Positions 25,201-38,800 of a stretch of DNA of 64,000 nucleotides are shown piece by piece; the first letter of the stretch is position 1; each line of letters starts with the position of its first letter. The position numbers were made by a program, and so were the translations under genes. The DNA lies in assembly GCA_964016885.1 (NCBI GenBank), contig OZ024741.1:249302001-249366000 (forward strand), read 5' to 3'. This DNA comes from Eledone cirrhosa (lineage: Eukaryota). The notes under the pieces are model-generated. The model was not told where the DNA came from, ran no database searches, and saw only the letters and a program-made list of their open reading frames with translations.

Positions 25201-28200
25201 AGGGGAGATAATTTCCCGCCAGCCAAGGAGAGATAATATTTAAAAAAATCAGGCGGAGATAATTTGTAAAAAAAATCAGGGGGAGATAATTTGTAAAAAA
25301 ATCAGGGGGAGATAATTTGTAAAAAAAAATCAGGGGGAGATAATTTGTAAAAAAAATCAGGGGGAGATAATTTGTAAAAAAAAATCAGGGGTAGATAATT
25401 TGTAAAAAAAAATCAGGGGGAGATAATTTGTAAAAAAAAATCAGGGGGAGATAATTTGTAAAAAAATCAAGGGGAGATAATTTCCAGCCGTCCAAGGGGA
25501 GATAATTTTCAGCCGTCCAAGGAGAGGTAATTTCTAGCCGTCCAAGGGGAGATAATTTCCAGCCGTCCAAGGGGAGATAATTTTTTTAAAAAAATCAGGC
25601 GGAGATAATTTGTAAACAAAAATCAGGGGGAGATAATTTGTAAAAAAAAATCAGGGGGAGATAATTTGTAAAAAATAATCAGGGGGAGATAATTTGTAAA
25701 AAAAATCAAGGGGAGATAATTTCCAGCCGTCCAAGGGGAGGTAATATCTAGCCATCCAAGGGGAGATAATTTCCAGCCGTCCAAGGGGAGATAATTTCCA
25801 GCCGTCCAAGGGGAGATAATATCCAGCCGTCCAAGGAGACATATTTTCCAGCCGTCCAAGGAGAGGTAATTTCTAGCCGTCCAAGGGGAGATAAGTTCCA
25901 GCCTCCAAGGGGAGATAATTTCCAGCCAGCCAAGGGGAGATAATTTGTAAAAAAATCAGGGGGAGATAATTTGTAAAAAAAAAATCAGGGGGAGATAATT
26001 TGTAAAAAAATCAGGGGGAGATAATTTGTAAAAAAAAATCAGGGGGAGATAATTTGTAAAAAAAATCAGGGGGAGATAATTTGTAAAAAAAATCAGGGGT
26101 AGATAATTTGTAAAAAAAATCAGGGGGAGATAGTTTGTAAAAAAAATCAGGGGGAGATAATTTGTAAAAAAAATCAGGGGTAGATAATTTTCAGCCGTCC
26201 AAGGGGAGATAATTTCCATCCTTCCAAGGGGAGATAATTTCCAGCCGTCCAAGGGGAGATAATTTCCCGCCAGCCAAGGAGAGATAACATTTAAAAAAAT
26301 CAGGCGGAGATAATTTGTAAAAAAAATCAGGGGGAGATAATTTGTAAAAAAATCAGGGGGAGATAATTTGTAAAAAAAATCAGGGGTAGATAATTTCCAG
26401 CCGTCCAAGGGGAGATAATTTCCATCCTTCCAAGGGGAGATAATTTCCAGCCGTCCAAGGGGAGATAATTTCCCGCCAGCCAAGGAGAGATAATATTTAA
26501 AAAAATCAGGCGGAGATAATTTGTAAAAAAAATCAGGGGGAGATAATTTGTAAAAAAATCAGGGGGAGATAATTTGTAAAAAAAAATCAGGGGGAGATAA
26601 TTTGTAAAAAAAATCAGGGGGAGATAATTTGTAAAAAAAAATCAGGGGTAGATAATTTGTAAAAAAAAATCAGAGGGAGATAATTTGTAAAAAAATCAAG
26701 GGGAGATAATTTCCAGCCGTCCAAGGGGAGATAATTTTCAGCCGTCCAAGGAGAGGTAATTTCTAGCCGTCCAAGGGGAGATAATTTCCAGCCGTCCAAG
26801 GGGAGATAATTTTTTAAAAAAATCAGGGGGAGATAATTTGTAAACAAAAATCAGGTGGAGATAATTTGTAAAAAAAAATCAGGGGGAGATAATTTGTAAA
26901 AAAAATCAAGGGGAGATAATTTCCAGCCGTCCAAGGGGAGGTAATATCTAGCCATCCAAGGGGAGATAATTTCCAGCCGTCCAAGGGGAGATAATTTCCA
27001 GCCGTCCAAGGGGAGATAATATCCAGCCGTCCAAGGAGACATATTTTCCAGCCGTCCAAGGAGACGTAATTTCTAGCCGTCCAAGGGGAGATAAGTTCCA
27101 GCCTCCAAGGGGAGATAATTTCCAGCCAGCCAAGGGGAGATAATTTGTAAAAAAATTAGGGGGAGATAATTTGTAAAAAAAAATTAGGGGGAGATAATTT
27201 GTAAAAAAAAATCAGGGGGAGATAATTTGTAAAAAAAAATCAGGGGGAGATAATTTGTAAAAAAAATCAAGGGGAGATAATTTCCAGCCGTCCAAGGGGA
27301 GATAATTTTCAGCCGTCCAAGGAGAGGTAAATTCTAGCCGTCCAAGGAGATATAATTTCCAGCCGTCCAAGGGGAGATAATTTCCAGCCGTCCAAGGGGA
27401 GATAATTTTTTAAAAAAAATCAGGCGGAGATAATTTGTAAACAAAAATCAGGGGGAGATAATTTTTAAAAAAAAATCAGGGGGAGATAATTTGTAAAAAA
27501 AAATCAGGGGGAGATAATTTGTAAAAAAAATCAAGGGGAGATAATTTCCAGCCGTCCAAGGGGAGGTAATATCTAGCCATCCAAGGGGAGATAATTTCCA
27601 GCCGTCCAAGGGGAGATAATTTCCAGCCGTCCAAGGGGAGATAATATCCAGCCGTCCAAGGAGACATATTTTCCAGCCGTCCAAGGAGAGGTAATTTCTA
27701 GCCGTCCAAGGGGAGATAAGTTCCAGCCTCCAAGGGGAGATAATTTCCAGCCAGCCAAGGGGAGATAATTTGTAAAAAAATCAGGGGGGAGATAATTTGT
27801 AAAAAAAATCAGGGGGAGATAATTTGAAAAAAAAATCAGGGGGAGATAATTTGTAAAAAATATCAAGGGGAGATAATTTCCAGCCCTCCAAGGGGCTATA
27901 ATTTCCAGCCGTGCAAGGGGAGATAATTTCCAGCCGTCCAAGGGGAGATAATTTCCATCCTTCCAAGGGGAGATAATTTCCAGCCGTCCAAGGGGAGATA
28001 ATTTCCCGCCAGCCAAGGGAAGATAATTTTTTAAAAAATCAGGCGGAGATTGTAAAAAAAATCAGGGGGAGATAATTTGTAAAAAAAATCAGGGGGAGAT
28101 AATTTGTAAAAAAAATCAGGGGGAGATAATTTGTAAAAAAAATCAGGGGTAGATAATTTTCAGCCGTCCAAGGGGAGATAATTTCCATCCTTCCAAGGGG

Positions 28201-30161
28201 AGATAATTTCCAGCCGTCCAAGGGGAGATAATTTCCCGCCAGCCAAGGAGAGATAACATTTAAAAAAATCAGGCGGAGATAATTTGTAAAAAAAATCAGG
28301 GGGAGATAATTTGTAAAAAAATCAGGGGGAGATAATTTGTAAAAAAAATCAGGGGTAGATAATTTCCAGCCGTCCAAGGGGAGATAATTTCCATCCTTCC
28401 AAGGGGAGATAATTTCCAGCCGTCCAAGGGGAGATAATTTCCCGCCAGCCAAGGAGAGATAATATTTAAAAAAATCAGGCGGAGATAATTTGTAAAAAAA
28501 ATCAGGGGGAGATAATTTGTAAAAAAATCAGGGGGAGATAATTTGTAAAAAAAAATCAGGGGGAGATAATTTGTAAAAAAAATCAGGGGGAGATAATTTG
28601 TAAAAAAAAATCAGGGGTAGATAATTTGTAAAAAAAAATCAGGGGGAGATAATTTGTAAAAAAAAAATCAGGGGGAGATAATTTGTAAAAAAATCAAGGG
28701 GAGATAATTTCCAGCCGTCCAAGGGGAGATAATTTTCAGCCGTCCAAGGAGAGGTAATTTCTAGCCGTCCAAGGGGAGATAATTTCCAGCCGTCCAAGGG
28801 GAGATAATTTTTTTAAAAAAATCAGGCGGAGATAATTTGTAAACAAAAATCAGGGGGAGATAATTTGTAAAAAAAAATCAGGGGGAGATAATTTGTAAAA
28901 AAAATCAAGGGGAGATAATTTCCAGCCGTCCAAGGGGAGGTAATATCTAGCCATCCAAGGGGAGATAATTTCCAGCCGTCCAAGGGGAGATAATTTCCAG
29001 CCGTCCAAGGGGAGATAATATCCAGCCGTCCAAGGAGACATATTTTCCAGCCGTCCAAGGAGACGTAATTTCTAGCCGTCCAAGGGGAGATAAGTTCCAG
29101 CCTCCAAGGGGAGATAATTTCCAGCCAGCCAAGGGGAGATAATTTGTAAAAAAATTAGGGGGAGATAATTTGTAAAAAAAAATTAGGGGGAGATAATTTG
29201 TAAAAAAAAATCAGGGGGAGATAATTTGTAAAAAAAAATCAGGGGGAGATAATTTGTAAAAAAAATCAAGGGGAGATAATTTCCAGCCGTCCAAGGGGAG
29301 ATAATTTTCAGCCGTCCAAGGAGAGGTAAATTCTAGCCGTCCAAGGAGATATAATTTCCAGCCGTCCAAGGGGAGATAATTTCCAGCCAGCCAAGGGGAG
29401 ATAATTTGTAAAAAAATCAGGGGGAGATAATTTGTAAAAAAAAAATCAGGGGGAGATAATTTGTAAAAAAATCAGGGGGAGATAATTTGTAAAAAAAAAA
29501 TCAGGGGGAGATAATTTGTAAAAAAAATCAGGGGTAGATAATTTGTAAAAAAAATCAGGGGTAGATAATTTGTAAAAAAAATCAGGGGGAGATAATTTGT
29601 AAAAAAAATCAGGGGGAGATAATTTGTAAAAAAAATCAGGGGTAGATAATTTTCAGCCCTCCAAGGGGAGATAATTTCCATCCTTCCAAGGGGAGATAAT
29701 TTCCAGCCGTCCAAGGGGAGATAATTTCCCGCCAGCCAAGGAGAGATAACATTTAAAAAAATCAGGCGGAGATAATTTGTAAAAAAAATCAGGGGGAGAT
29801 AATTTGTAAAAAAATCAGGGGGAGATAATTTGTAAAAAAAATCAGGGGTAGATAATTTCCAGCCGTCCAAGGGGAGATAATTTCCATCCTTCCAAGGGGA
29901 GATAATTTCCAGCCGTCCAAGGGGAGATAATTTCCCGCCAGCCAAGGAGAGATAATATTTAAAAAAATCAGGCGGAGATAATTTGTAAAAAAAAATCAGG
30001 GGGAGATAATTTGTAAAAAAATCAGGGGGAGATAATTTGTAAAAAAAAATCAGGGGGAGATAATTTGTAAAAAAAATCAGGGGGAGATAATTTGTAAAAA
30101 AAAATCAGGGGTAGATAATTTGTAAAAAAAAATCAGGGGGAGATAATTTGTAAAAAAAAAT

Positions 30162-32800
30162 CAGGGGGAGATAATTTGTAAAAAAATCAAGGGGAGATAA
30201 TTTCCAGCCGTCCAAGGGGAGATAATTTTCAGCCGTCCAAGGAGAGGTAATTTCTAGCCGTCCAAGGGGAGATAATTTCCAGCCGTCCAAGGGGAGATAA
30301 TTTTTTTTAAAAAATCAGGCGGAGATAATTTGTAAACAAAAATCAGGGGGAGATAATTTGTAAAAAAAAATCAGGGGGAGATAATTTGTAAAAAAAAATC
30401 AGGGGGAGATAATTTGTAAAAAAAATCAAGGGGAGATAATTTCCAGCCGTCCAAGGGGAGGTAATATCTAGCCATCCAAGGGGAGATAATTTCCAGCCGT
30501 CCAAGGGGAGATAATTTCCAGCCGTCCAAGGGGAGATAATATCCAGCCGTCCAAGGAGACATATTTTCCAGCCGTCCAAGGAGAGGTAATTTCTAGCCGT
30601 CCAAGGGGAGATAAGTTCCAGCCTCCAAGGGGAGATAATTTCCAGCCAGCCAAGGGGAGATAATTTGTAAAAAAATCAGGGGGAGATAATTTGTAAAAAA
30701 AAATCAGGGGGAGATAATTTGTAAAAAAATCAGGGGGAGATAATTTGTAAAAAAAAATCAGGGGGAGATAATTTGTAAAAAAAATCAGGGGGAGATAATT
30801 TGTAAAAAAAATCAGGGGTAGATAATTTGTAAAAAAAATCAGGGGGAGATAATTTGTAAAAAAAATCAGGGGGAGATAATTTGTAAAAAAAATCAGGGGT
30901 AGATAATTTTCAGCCGTCCAAGGGGAGATAATTTCCATCCTTCCAAGGGGAGATAATTTCCAGCCGTCCAAGGGGAGATAATTTCCCGCCAGCCAAGGAG
31001 AGATAACATTTAAAAAAATCAGGCGGAGATAATTTGTAAAAAAAATCAGGGGGAGATAATTTGTAAAAAAATCAGGGGGAGATAATTTGTAAAAAAAATC
31101 AGGGGTAGATAATTTCCAGCCGTCCAAGGGGAGATAATTTCCATCCTTCCAAGGGGAGATAATTTCCAGCCGTCCAAGGGGAGATAATTTCCCGCCAGCC
31201 AAGGAGAGATAACATTTAAAAAAATCAGGCGGAGATAATTTGTAAAAAAATCAGGGGGAGATAATTTGTAAAAAAATCAGGGGGAGATAATTTGTAAAAA
31301 AAAATCAGGGGGAGATAATTTGTAAAAAAAATCAGGGGGAGATAATTTGTAAAAAAAAATCAGGGGTAGATAATTTGTAAAAAAAAATCAGGGGGAGATA
31401 ATTTGTAAAAAAATCAAGGGGAGATAATTTCCAGCCGTCCAAGGGGAGATAATTTTCAGCCGTCCAAGGAGAGGTAATTTCTAGCCGTCCAAGGGGAGAT
31501 AATTTCCAGCCGTCCAAGGGGAGATAATTTTTTAAAAAAATCAGGCGGAGATAATTTGTAAACAAAAATCAGGGGGAGATAATTTGTAAAAAAAAATCAG
31601 GGGGAGATAATTTGTAAAAAAAAATCAGGGGGAGATAATTTGTAAAAAAAATCAAGGGGAGATAATTTCCAGCCGTCCAAGGGGAGGTAATATCTAGCCA
31701 TCCAAGGGGAGATAATTTCCAGCCGTCCAAGGGGAGATAATTTCCAGCCGTCCAAGGGGAGATAATATCCAGCCGTCCAAGGAGACATATTTTCCAGCCG
31801 TCCAAGGAGACGTAATTTCTAGCCGTCCAAGGGGAGATAAGTTCCAGCCTCCAAGGGGAGATAATTTCCAGCCAGCCAAGGGGAGATAATTTGTAAAAAA
31901 ATTAGGGGGAGATAATTTGTAAAAAAAAATTAGGGGGAGATAATTTGTAAAAAAAAATCAGGGGGAGATAATTTGTAAAAAAAAATCAGGGGGAGATAAT
32001 TTGTAAAAAAAATCAAGGGGAGATAATTTCCAGCCGTCCAAGGGGAGATAATTTTCAGCCGTCCAAGGAGAGGTAAATTCTAGCCGTCCAAGGAGATATA
32101 ATTTCCAGCCGTCCAAGGGGAGATAATTTCCAGCCGTCCAAGGGGAGATAATTTTTAAAAAAAAATCAGGCGTAGATAATTTGTAAACAAAAATCAGGGG
32201 GAGATAATTTTTTAAAAAAAATCAGGGGGAGATAATTTGTAAAAAAAAATCAGGGGGAGATAATTTGTAAAAAAAATCAAGGGGAGATAATTTCCAGCCG
32301 TCCAAGGGGAGGTAATATCTAGCCATCCAAGGGGAGATAATTTCCAGCCGTCCAAGGGGAGATAATTTCCAGCCGTCCAAGGGGAGATAATATCCAGCCG
32401 TCCAAGGAGACATATTTTCCAGCCGTCCAAGGAGAGGTAATTTCTAGCCGTCCAAGGGGAGATAAGTTCCAGCCTCCAAGGGGAGATAATTTCCAGCCAG
32501 CCAAGGGGAGATAATTTGTAAAAAAATCAGGGGGGAGATAATTTGTAAAAAAAATCAGGGGGAGATAATTTGAAAAAAAAATCAGGGGGAGATAATTTGT
32601 AAAAAATATCAAGGGGAGATAATTTCCAGCCCTCCAAGGGGCTATAATTTCCAGCCGTGCAAGGGGAGATAATTTCCAGCCGTCCAAGGGGAGATAATTT
32701 CCATCCTTCCAAGGGGAGATAATTTCCAGCCGTCCAAGGGGAGATAATTTCCCGCCAGCCAAGGGAAGATAATTTTTTAAAAAATCAGGCGGAGATTGTA
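30162..32800 (+). repeat. Dispersed near-identical copy of 1-~2640 (offset 30,161)
   Basis: Constant ORF offset of 30161 (182/30343, 307/30468, 1171/31332, 2158/32319). The private AGGCGTAG variant occurs at 2012 and 32173. Confidence 0.88.
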
Positions 32801-35800
32801 AAAAAAATCAGGGGGAGATAATTTGTAAAAAAATCAGGGGGAGATAATTTGTAAAAAAAAAATCAGGGGGAGATAATTTGTAAAAAAAAATCAGGGGGAG
32901 ATAATTTGTAAAAAAAATCAGGGGGAGATAATTTGTAAAAAAAATCAGGGGTAGATAATTTGTAAAAAAAATCAGGGGGAGATAATTTGTAAAAAAAATC
33001 AGGGGGAGATAATTTGTAAAAAAAATCAGGGGTAGATAATTTTCAGCCGTCCAAGGGGAGATAATTTCCATCCTTCCAAGGGGAGATAATTTCCAGCCGT
33101 CCAAGGGGAGATAATTTCCCGCCAGCCAAGGAGAGATAACATTTAAAAAAATCAGGCGGAGATAATTTGTAAAAAAAATCAGGGGGAGATAATTTGTAAA
33201 AAAATCAGGGGGAGATAATTTGTAAAAAAAAATCAGGGGGAGATAATTTGTAAAAAAAAATCAGGGGGAGATAATTTGTAAAAAAAAATCAGGGGTAGAT
33301 AATTTGTAAAAAAAAATCAGGGTGAGATAATTTGTAAAAGAAAAATCAGGGGGAGATAATTTGTAAAAAAATCAAGGGGAGATAATTTCCAGCCGTCCAA
33401 GGGGAGATAATTTTCAGCCGTCCAAGGAGAGGTAATTTCTAGCCGTCCAAGGGGAGATAATTTCCAGCCGTCCAAGGGGAGATAATTTTTTTAAAAAAAT
33501 CAGGCGGAGATAATTTGTAAACAAAAATCAGGGGGAGATAATTTGTAAAAAAAAATCAGGGGGAGATAATTTGTAAAAAAAAATCAGGGGGAGATAATTT
33601 GTAAAAAAAATCAAGGGGAGATAATTTGTCAAAAAAAATCAGGGGTAGATAATTTGTAAAAAAAAATCAGGGGGAGATAATTTGTAAAAAAAAAATCAGG
33701 GGGAGATAATTTGTAAAAAAATCAAGGGGAGATAATTTCCAGCCGTCCAAGGGGAGATAATTTTCAGCCGTCCAAGGAGAGGTAATTTCTAGCCGTCCAA
33801 GGGGAGATAATTTCCAGCCAGCCAAGGGGAGATAATTTGTAAAAAAATCAGGGGTAGATAATTTGTAAAAAAAAATCAGGGGGAGATTATTTGTAAAAAA
33901 ATCAGGGGGAGATAATTTGTAAAAAAAATCAGGGGTAGATAATTTCCAGCCGTCCAAGGGGAGATAATTTCCATCCTTCCAAGGGGAGATAATTTCCAGC
34001 CGTCCAAGGGGAGATAATTTCCCGCCAGCCAAGGAGAGATAACATTTAAAAAAATCAGGCGGAGATAATTTGTAAAAAAAATCAGGGGGAGATAATTTGT
34101 AAAAAAATCAGGGGGAGATAATTTGTAAAAAAAATCAGGGGTAGATAATTTCCAGCCGTCCAAGGGGAGATAATTTCCATCCTTCCAAGGGGAGATAATT
34201 TCCAGCCGTCCAAGGGGAGATAATTTCCCGCCAGCCAAGGAGAGATAATATTTAAAAAAATCAGGCGGAGATAATTTGTAAAAAAAATCAGGGGGAGATA
34301 ATTTGTAAAAAAATCAGGGTGAGATAATTTGTAAAAAAAAATCAGGGGAGATAATTTGTAAAAAAAATCAGGGGGAGATAATTTGTAAAAAAAAATCAGG
34401 GGTAGATAATTTGTAAAAAAAAATCAGGGGGAGATAATTTGTAAAAAAAAAATCAGGGGGAGATAATTTGTAAAAAAATCAAGGGCAGATAATTTCCAGC
34501 CGTCCAAGGGGAGATAATTTTCAGCCGTCCAAGGAGGTAATTTCTAGCCGTCCAAGGGGAGATAATTTCCAGCCGTCCAAGGGGAGATAATTTTTTTAAA
34601 AAAATCAGGCGGAGATAATTTGTAAACAAAAATCAGGGGGAGATAATTTGTAAAAAAAAATCAGGGGGAGATAATTTGTAAAAAAAAATCAGGGGGAGAT
34701 AATTTGTAAAAAAAATCAAGGGGAGATAATTTCCAGCCGTCCAAGGGGAGGTAATATCTAGCCATCCAAGGGGAGATAATTTCCAGCCGTCCAAGGGGAG
34801 ATAATTTCCAGCCGTCCAAGGGGAGATAATATCCAGCCGTCCAAGGAGACATATTTTCCAGCCGTCCAAGGAGAGGTAATTTCTAGCCGTCCAAGGGGAG
34901 ATAAGTTCCAGCCTCCAAGGGGAGATAATTTCCAGCCAGCCAAGGGGAGATAATTTGTAAAAAAATCAGGGGGAGATAATTTGTAAAAAAAAAATCAGGG
35001 GCAGATAATTTGTAAAAAAATCAGGGGGAGATAATTTGTAAAAAAAAAATCAGGGGCAGATAATTTGTAAAAAAATCAGGGGGAGATAATTTGTAAAAAA
35101 AATCAGGGGGAGATAATTTGTAGAAAAAATCAGGGGTAGATAATTTGTAAAAAAAATCAGGGGTAGATAATTTTCAGCCGTCCAAGGGGAGATAATTTCC
35201 ATCCTTCCAAGGGGAGATAATTTCCAGCCGTCCAAGGGGAGATAATTTCCCGCCAGCCAAGGAGAGATAACATTTAAAAAAATCAGGCGGAGATAATTTG
35301 TAAAAAAAATCAGGGGGAGATAATTTGTAAAAAAATCAGGGGGAGATAATTTGTAAAAAAAATCAGGGGTAGATAATTTCCAGCCGTCCAAGGGGAGATA
35401 ATTTCCATGCTTCCAAGGGGAGATAATTTCCAGCCGTCCAAGGGGAGATAATTTCCCGCCAGCCAAGGAGAGATAATATTTAAAAAAATCAGGCGGAGAT
35501 AATTTGTAAAAAAAATCAGGTGGAGATAATTTGTAAAAAAATCAGGGGGAGATAATTTGTAAAAAAAAATCAGGGGGAGATAATTTGTAAAAAAAATCAG
35601 GGGGAGATAATTTGTAAAAAAAATCAGGGGTAGATAATTTGTAAAAAAAAATCAGGGGGAGATAATTTGTAAAAAAAAAATCAGGGGGAGATAATTTGTA
35701 AAAAAATCAAGGGGAGATAATTTCCAGCCGTCCAAGGGGAGATAATTTTCAGCCGTCCAAGGAGAGGTAATTTCTAGCCGTCCAAGGGGAGATAATTTCC

Positions 35801-38800
35801 AGCCGTCCAAGGGGAGATAATTTTTTTAAAAAAATCAGGCGGAGATAATTTGTAAACAAAAATCAGGGGGAGATAATTTGTAAAAAAAAATCAGGGGGAG
35901 ATAATTTGTAAAAAAAAATCAGGGGGAGATAATTTGTAAAAAAAATCAAGGGGAGATAATTTCCAGCCGTCCAAGGGGAGGTAATATCTAGCCATCCAAG
36001 GGGAGATAATTTCCAGCCGTCCAAGGGGAGATATTTTCCAGCCGTCCAAGGAGAGGTAATTTCTAGCCGTCCAAGGGGAGATAAGTTCCTGCCTCCAAGG
36101 GGAGATAATTTCCAGCCAGCCAAGGGGAGATAATTTGTAAAAAAATCAGGGGGAGATAATTTGTAAAAAAAAAATCAGGGGGAGATAATTTGTAAAAAAA
36201 TCAGGGGGAGATAATTTGTAAAAAAAAAATCAGGGGGAGATAATTTGTAAAAAAAATCAGGGGGAGATAATTTGTAAAAAAAATCAGGGGTAGATAATTT
36301 GTAAAAAAAATCAGGGGGAGATAATTTGTAAAAAAAATCAGGGGGAGATAATTTGTAAAAAAAATCAGGGGTAGATAATATTCAGCCCTCCAAGGGGAGA
36401 TAATTTCCATCCTTCCAAGGGGAGATAATTTCCAGCCGTCCAAGGGGAGATAATTTCCCGCCAGCCAAGGAGAGATAACATTTAAAAAAATCAGGCGGAG
36501 ATAATTTGTAAAAAAAATCAGGGGGAGATAATTTGTAAAAAAATTAGGGGGAGATAATTTGTAAAAAAAATCAGGGGTAGATAATTTCCAGCCGTCCAAG
36601 GGGAGATAATTTCCATCCTTCCAAGGGGAGATAATTTCCAGCCGTCCAAGGGGAGATAATTTCCCGCCAGCCAAGGAGAGATAATATTTAAAAAAATCAG
36701 GCGGAGATAATTTGTAAAAAAAATCAGGGGGAGATAATTTGTAAAAAAATCAGGGGGAGATAATTTGTAAAAAAAAATCAGGGGGAGATAATTTGTAAAA
36801 AAAATCAGGGGGAGATAATTTGTAAAAAAAAATCAGGGGTAGATAATTTGTAAAAAAAAATCAGGGGGAGATAATTTGTAAAAAAAAATCAGGGGGAGAT
36901 AATTTGTAAAAAAATCAAGGGGAGATAATTTCCAGCCGTCCAAGGGGAGATAATTTTCAGCCGTCCAAGGAGAGGTAATTTCTAGCCGTCCAAGGGGAGA
37001 TAATTTCCAGCCGTCCAAGGGGAGATAATTTTTTTTTAAAAATCAGGCGGAGATAATTTGTAAACAAAAATCAGGGGGAGATAATTTGTAAAAAAAAATC
37101 AGGGGGAGATAATTTGTAAAAAAAAATCAGGGGGAGATAATTTGTAAAAAAAATCAAGGGGAGATAATTTCCAGCCGTCCAAGGGGAGGTAATATCTAGC
37201 CATCCAAGGGGAGATAATTTCCAGCCGTCCAAGGGGAGATAATTTCCAGCCGTCCAAGGGGAGATAATATCCAGCCGTCCAAGGAGACATATTTTCCAGC
37301 CGTCCAAGGAGACGTAATTTCTAGCCGTCCAAGGGGAGATAAGTTCCAGCCTCCAAGGGGAGATAATTTCCAGCCAGCCAAGGGGAGATAATTTGTAAAA
37401 AAATTAGGGGAAGATAATTTGTAAAAAAAAATTAGGGGGAGATAATTTGTAAAAAAAAATCAGGGGGAGATAATTTGTAAAAAAAAATCAGGGGGAGATA
37501 ATTTGTAAAAAAAAATCAGGGGGAGATAATTTGTAAAAAAAAAATCAGGCGGAGATAATTTGTAAAAAAATCAAGGGGAGATAATTTCCAGCCGTCCAAG
37601 GGGAGATAATTTTCAGCCGTCCAAGGAGAGGTAATTTCTAGCCGTCCAAGGGGAGATAATTTCCAGCCGTCCAAGGGGAGATAATTTTTTTAAAAAAATC
37701 AGGCGGAGATAATTTGTAAACAAAAATCAGGGGGAGATAATTTGTAAAAAAAAATCAGGGGGAGATAATTTGTAAAAAAAATCAGGGGGAGATAATTTGT
37801 AAAAAAAATCAAGGGGAGATAATTTGTAAAAAAAAATCAGGGGTAGATAATTTGTAAAAAAAAATCAGGGGGAGATAATTTGTAAAAAAAAAATCAGGGG
37901 GAGATAATTTGTAAAAAAATCAAGGGGAGATAATTTCCAGCCGTCCAAGGGGAGATAATTTTAAGCCGTCCAAGGAGAGGTAATTTCTAGCCGTCCAAGG
38001 GGAGATAATTTCCAGCCAGCCAAGGGGAGATAATTTGTAAAAAAATCAGGGGTAGATAATTTGTAAAAAAAAATCAGGGGGAGATAATTTGTAAAAAAAA
38101 TCAGGGGGAGATAATTTGTAAAAAAAATCAGGGGTAGATAATTTCCAGCCGTCCAAGGGGAGATAATTTCCATCCTTCCAAGGGGAGATAATTTCCAGCC
38201 GTCCAAGGGGAGATAATTTCCCGCCAGCCAAGGAGAGATAACATTTAAAAAAATCAGGCGGAGATAATTTGTAAAAAAAATCAGGGGGAGATAATTTGTA
38301 AAAAAATCAGGGGGAGATAATTTGTAAAAAAAATCAGGGGTAGATAATTTCCAGCCGTCCAAGGGGAGATAATTTCCATCCTTCCAAGGGGAGATAATTT
38401 CCAGCCGTCCAAGGGGAGATAATTTCCCGCCAGCCAAGGAGAGATAATATTTAAAAAAATCAGGCGGAGATAATTTGTAAAAAAAATCAGGGGGAGATAA
38501 TTTGTAAAAAAATCAGGGGGAGATAATTTGTAAAAAAAAATCAGGGGAGATAATTTGTAAAAAAAATCAGGGGGTGATAATTTGTAAAAAAAATCAGGGG
38601 TAGATAATTTGTAAAAAAAAATCAGGGGGAGATAATTTGTAAAAAAAAAATCAGGGGGAGATAATTTGTAAAAAAATCAAGGGGAGATAATTTCCAACCG
38701 TCCAAGGGGAGATAATTTTCAGCCGTCCAAGGAGGTAATTTCTAGCCGTCCAAGGGGAGATAATTTCCAGCCGTCCAAGGGGAGATAATTTTTTTAAAAA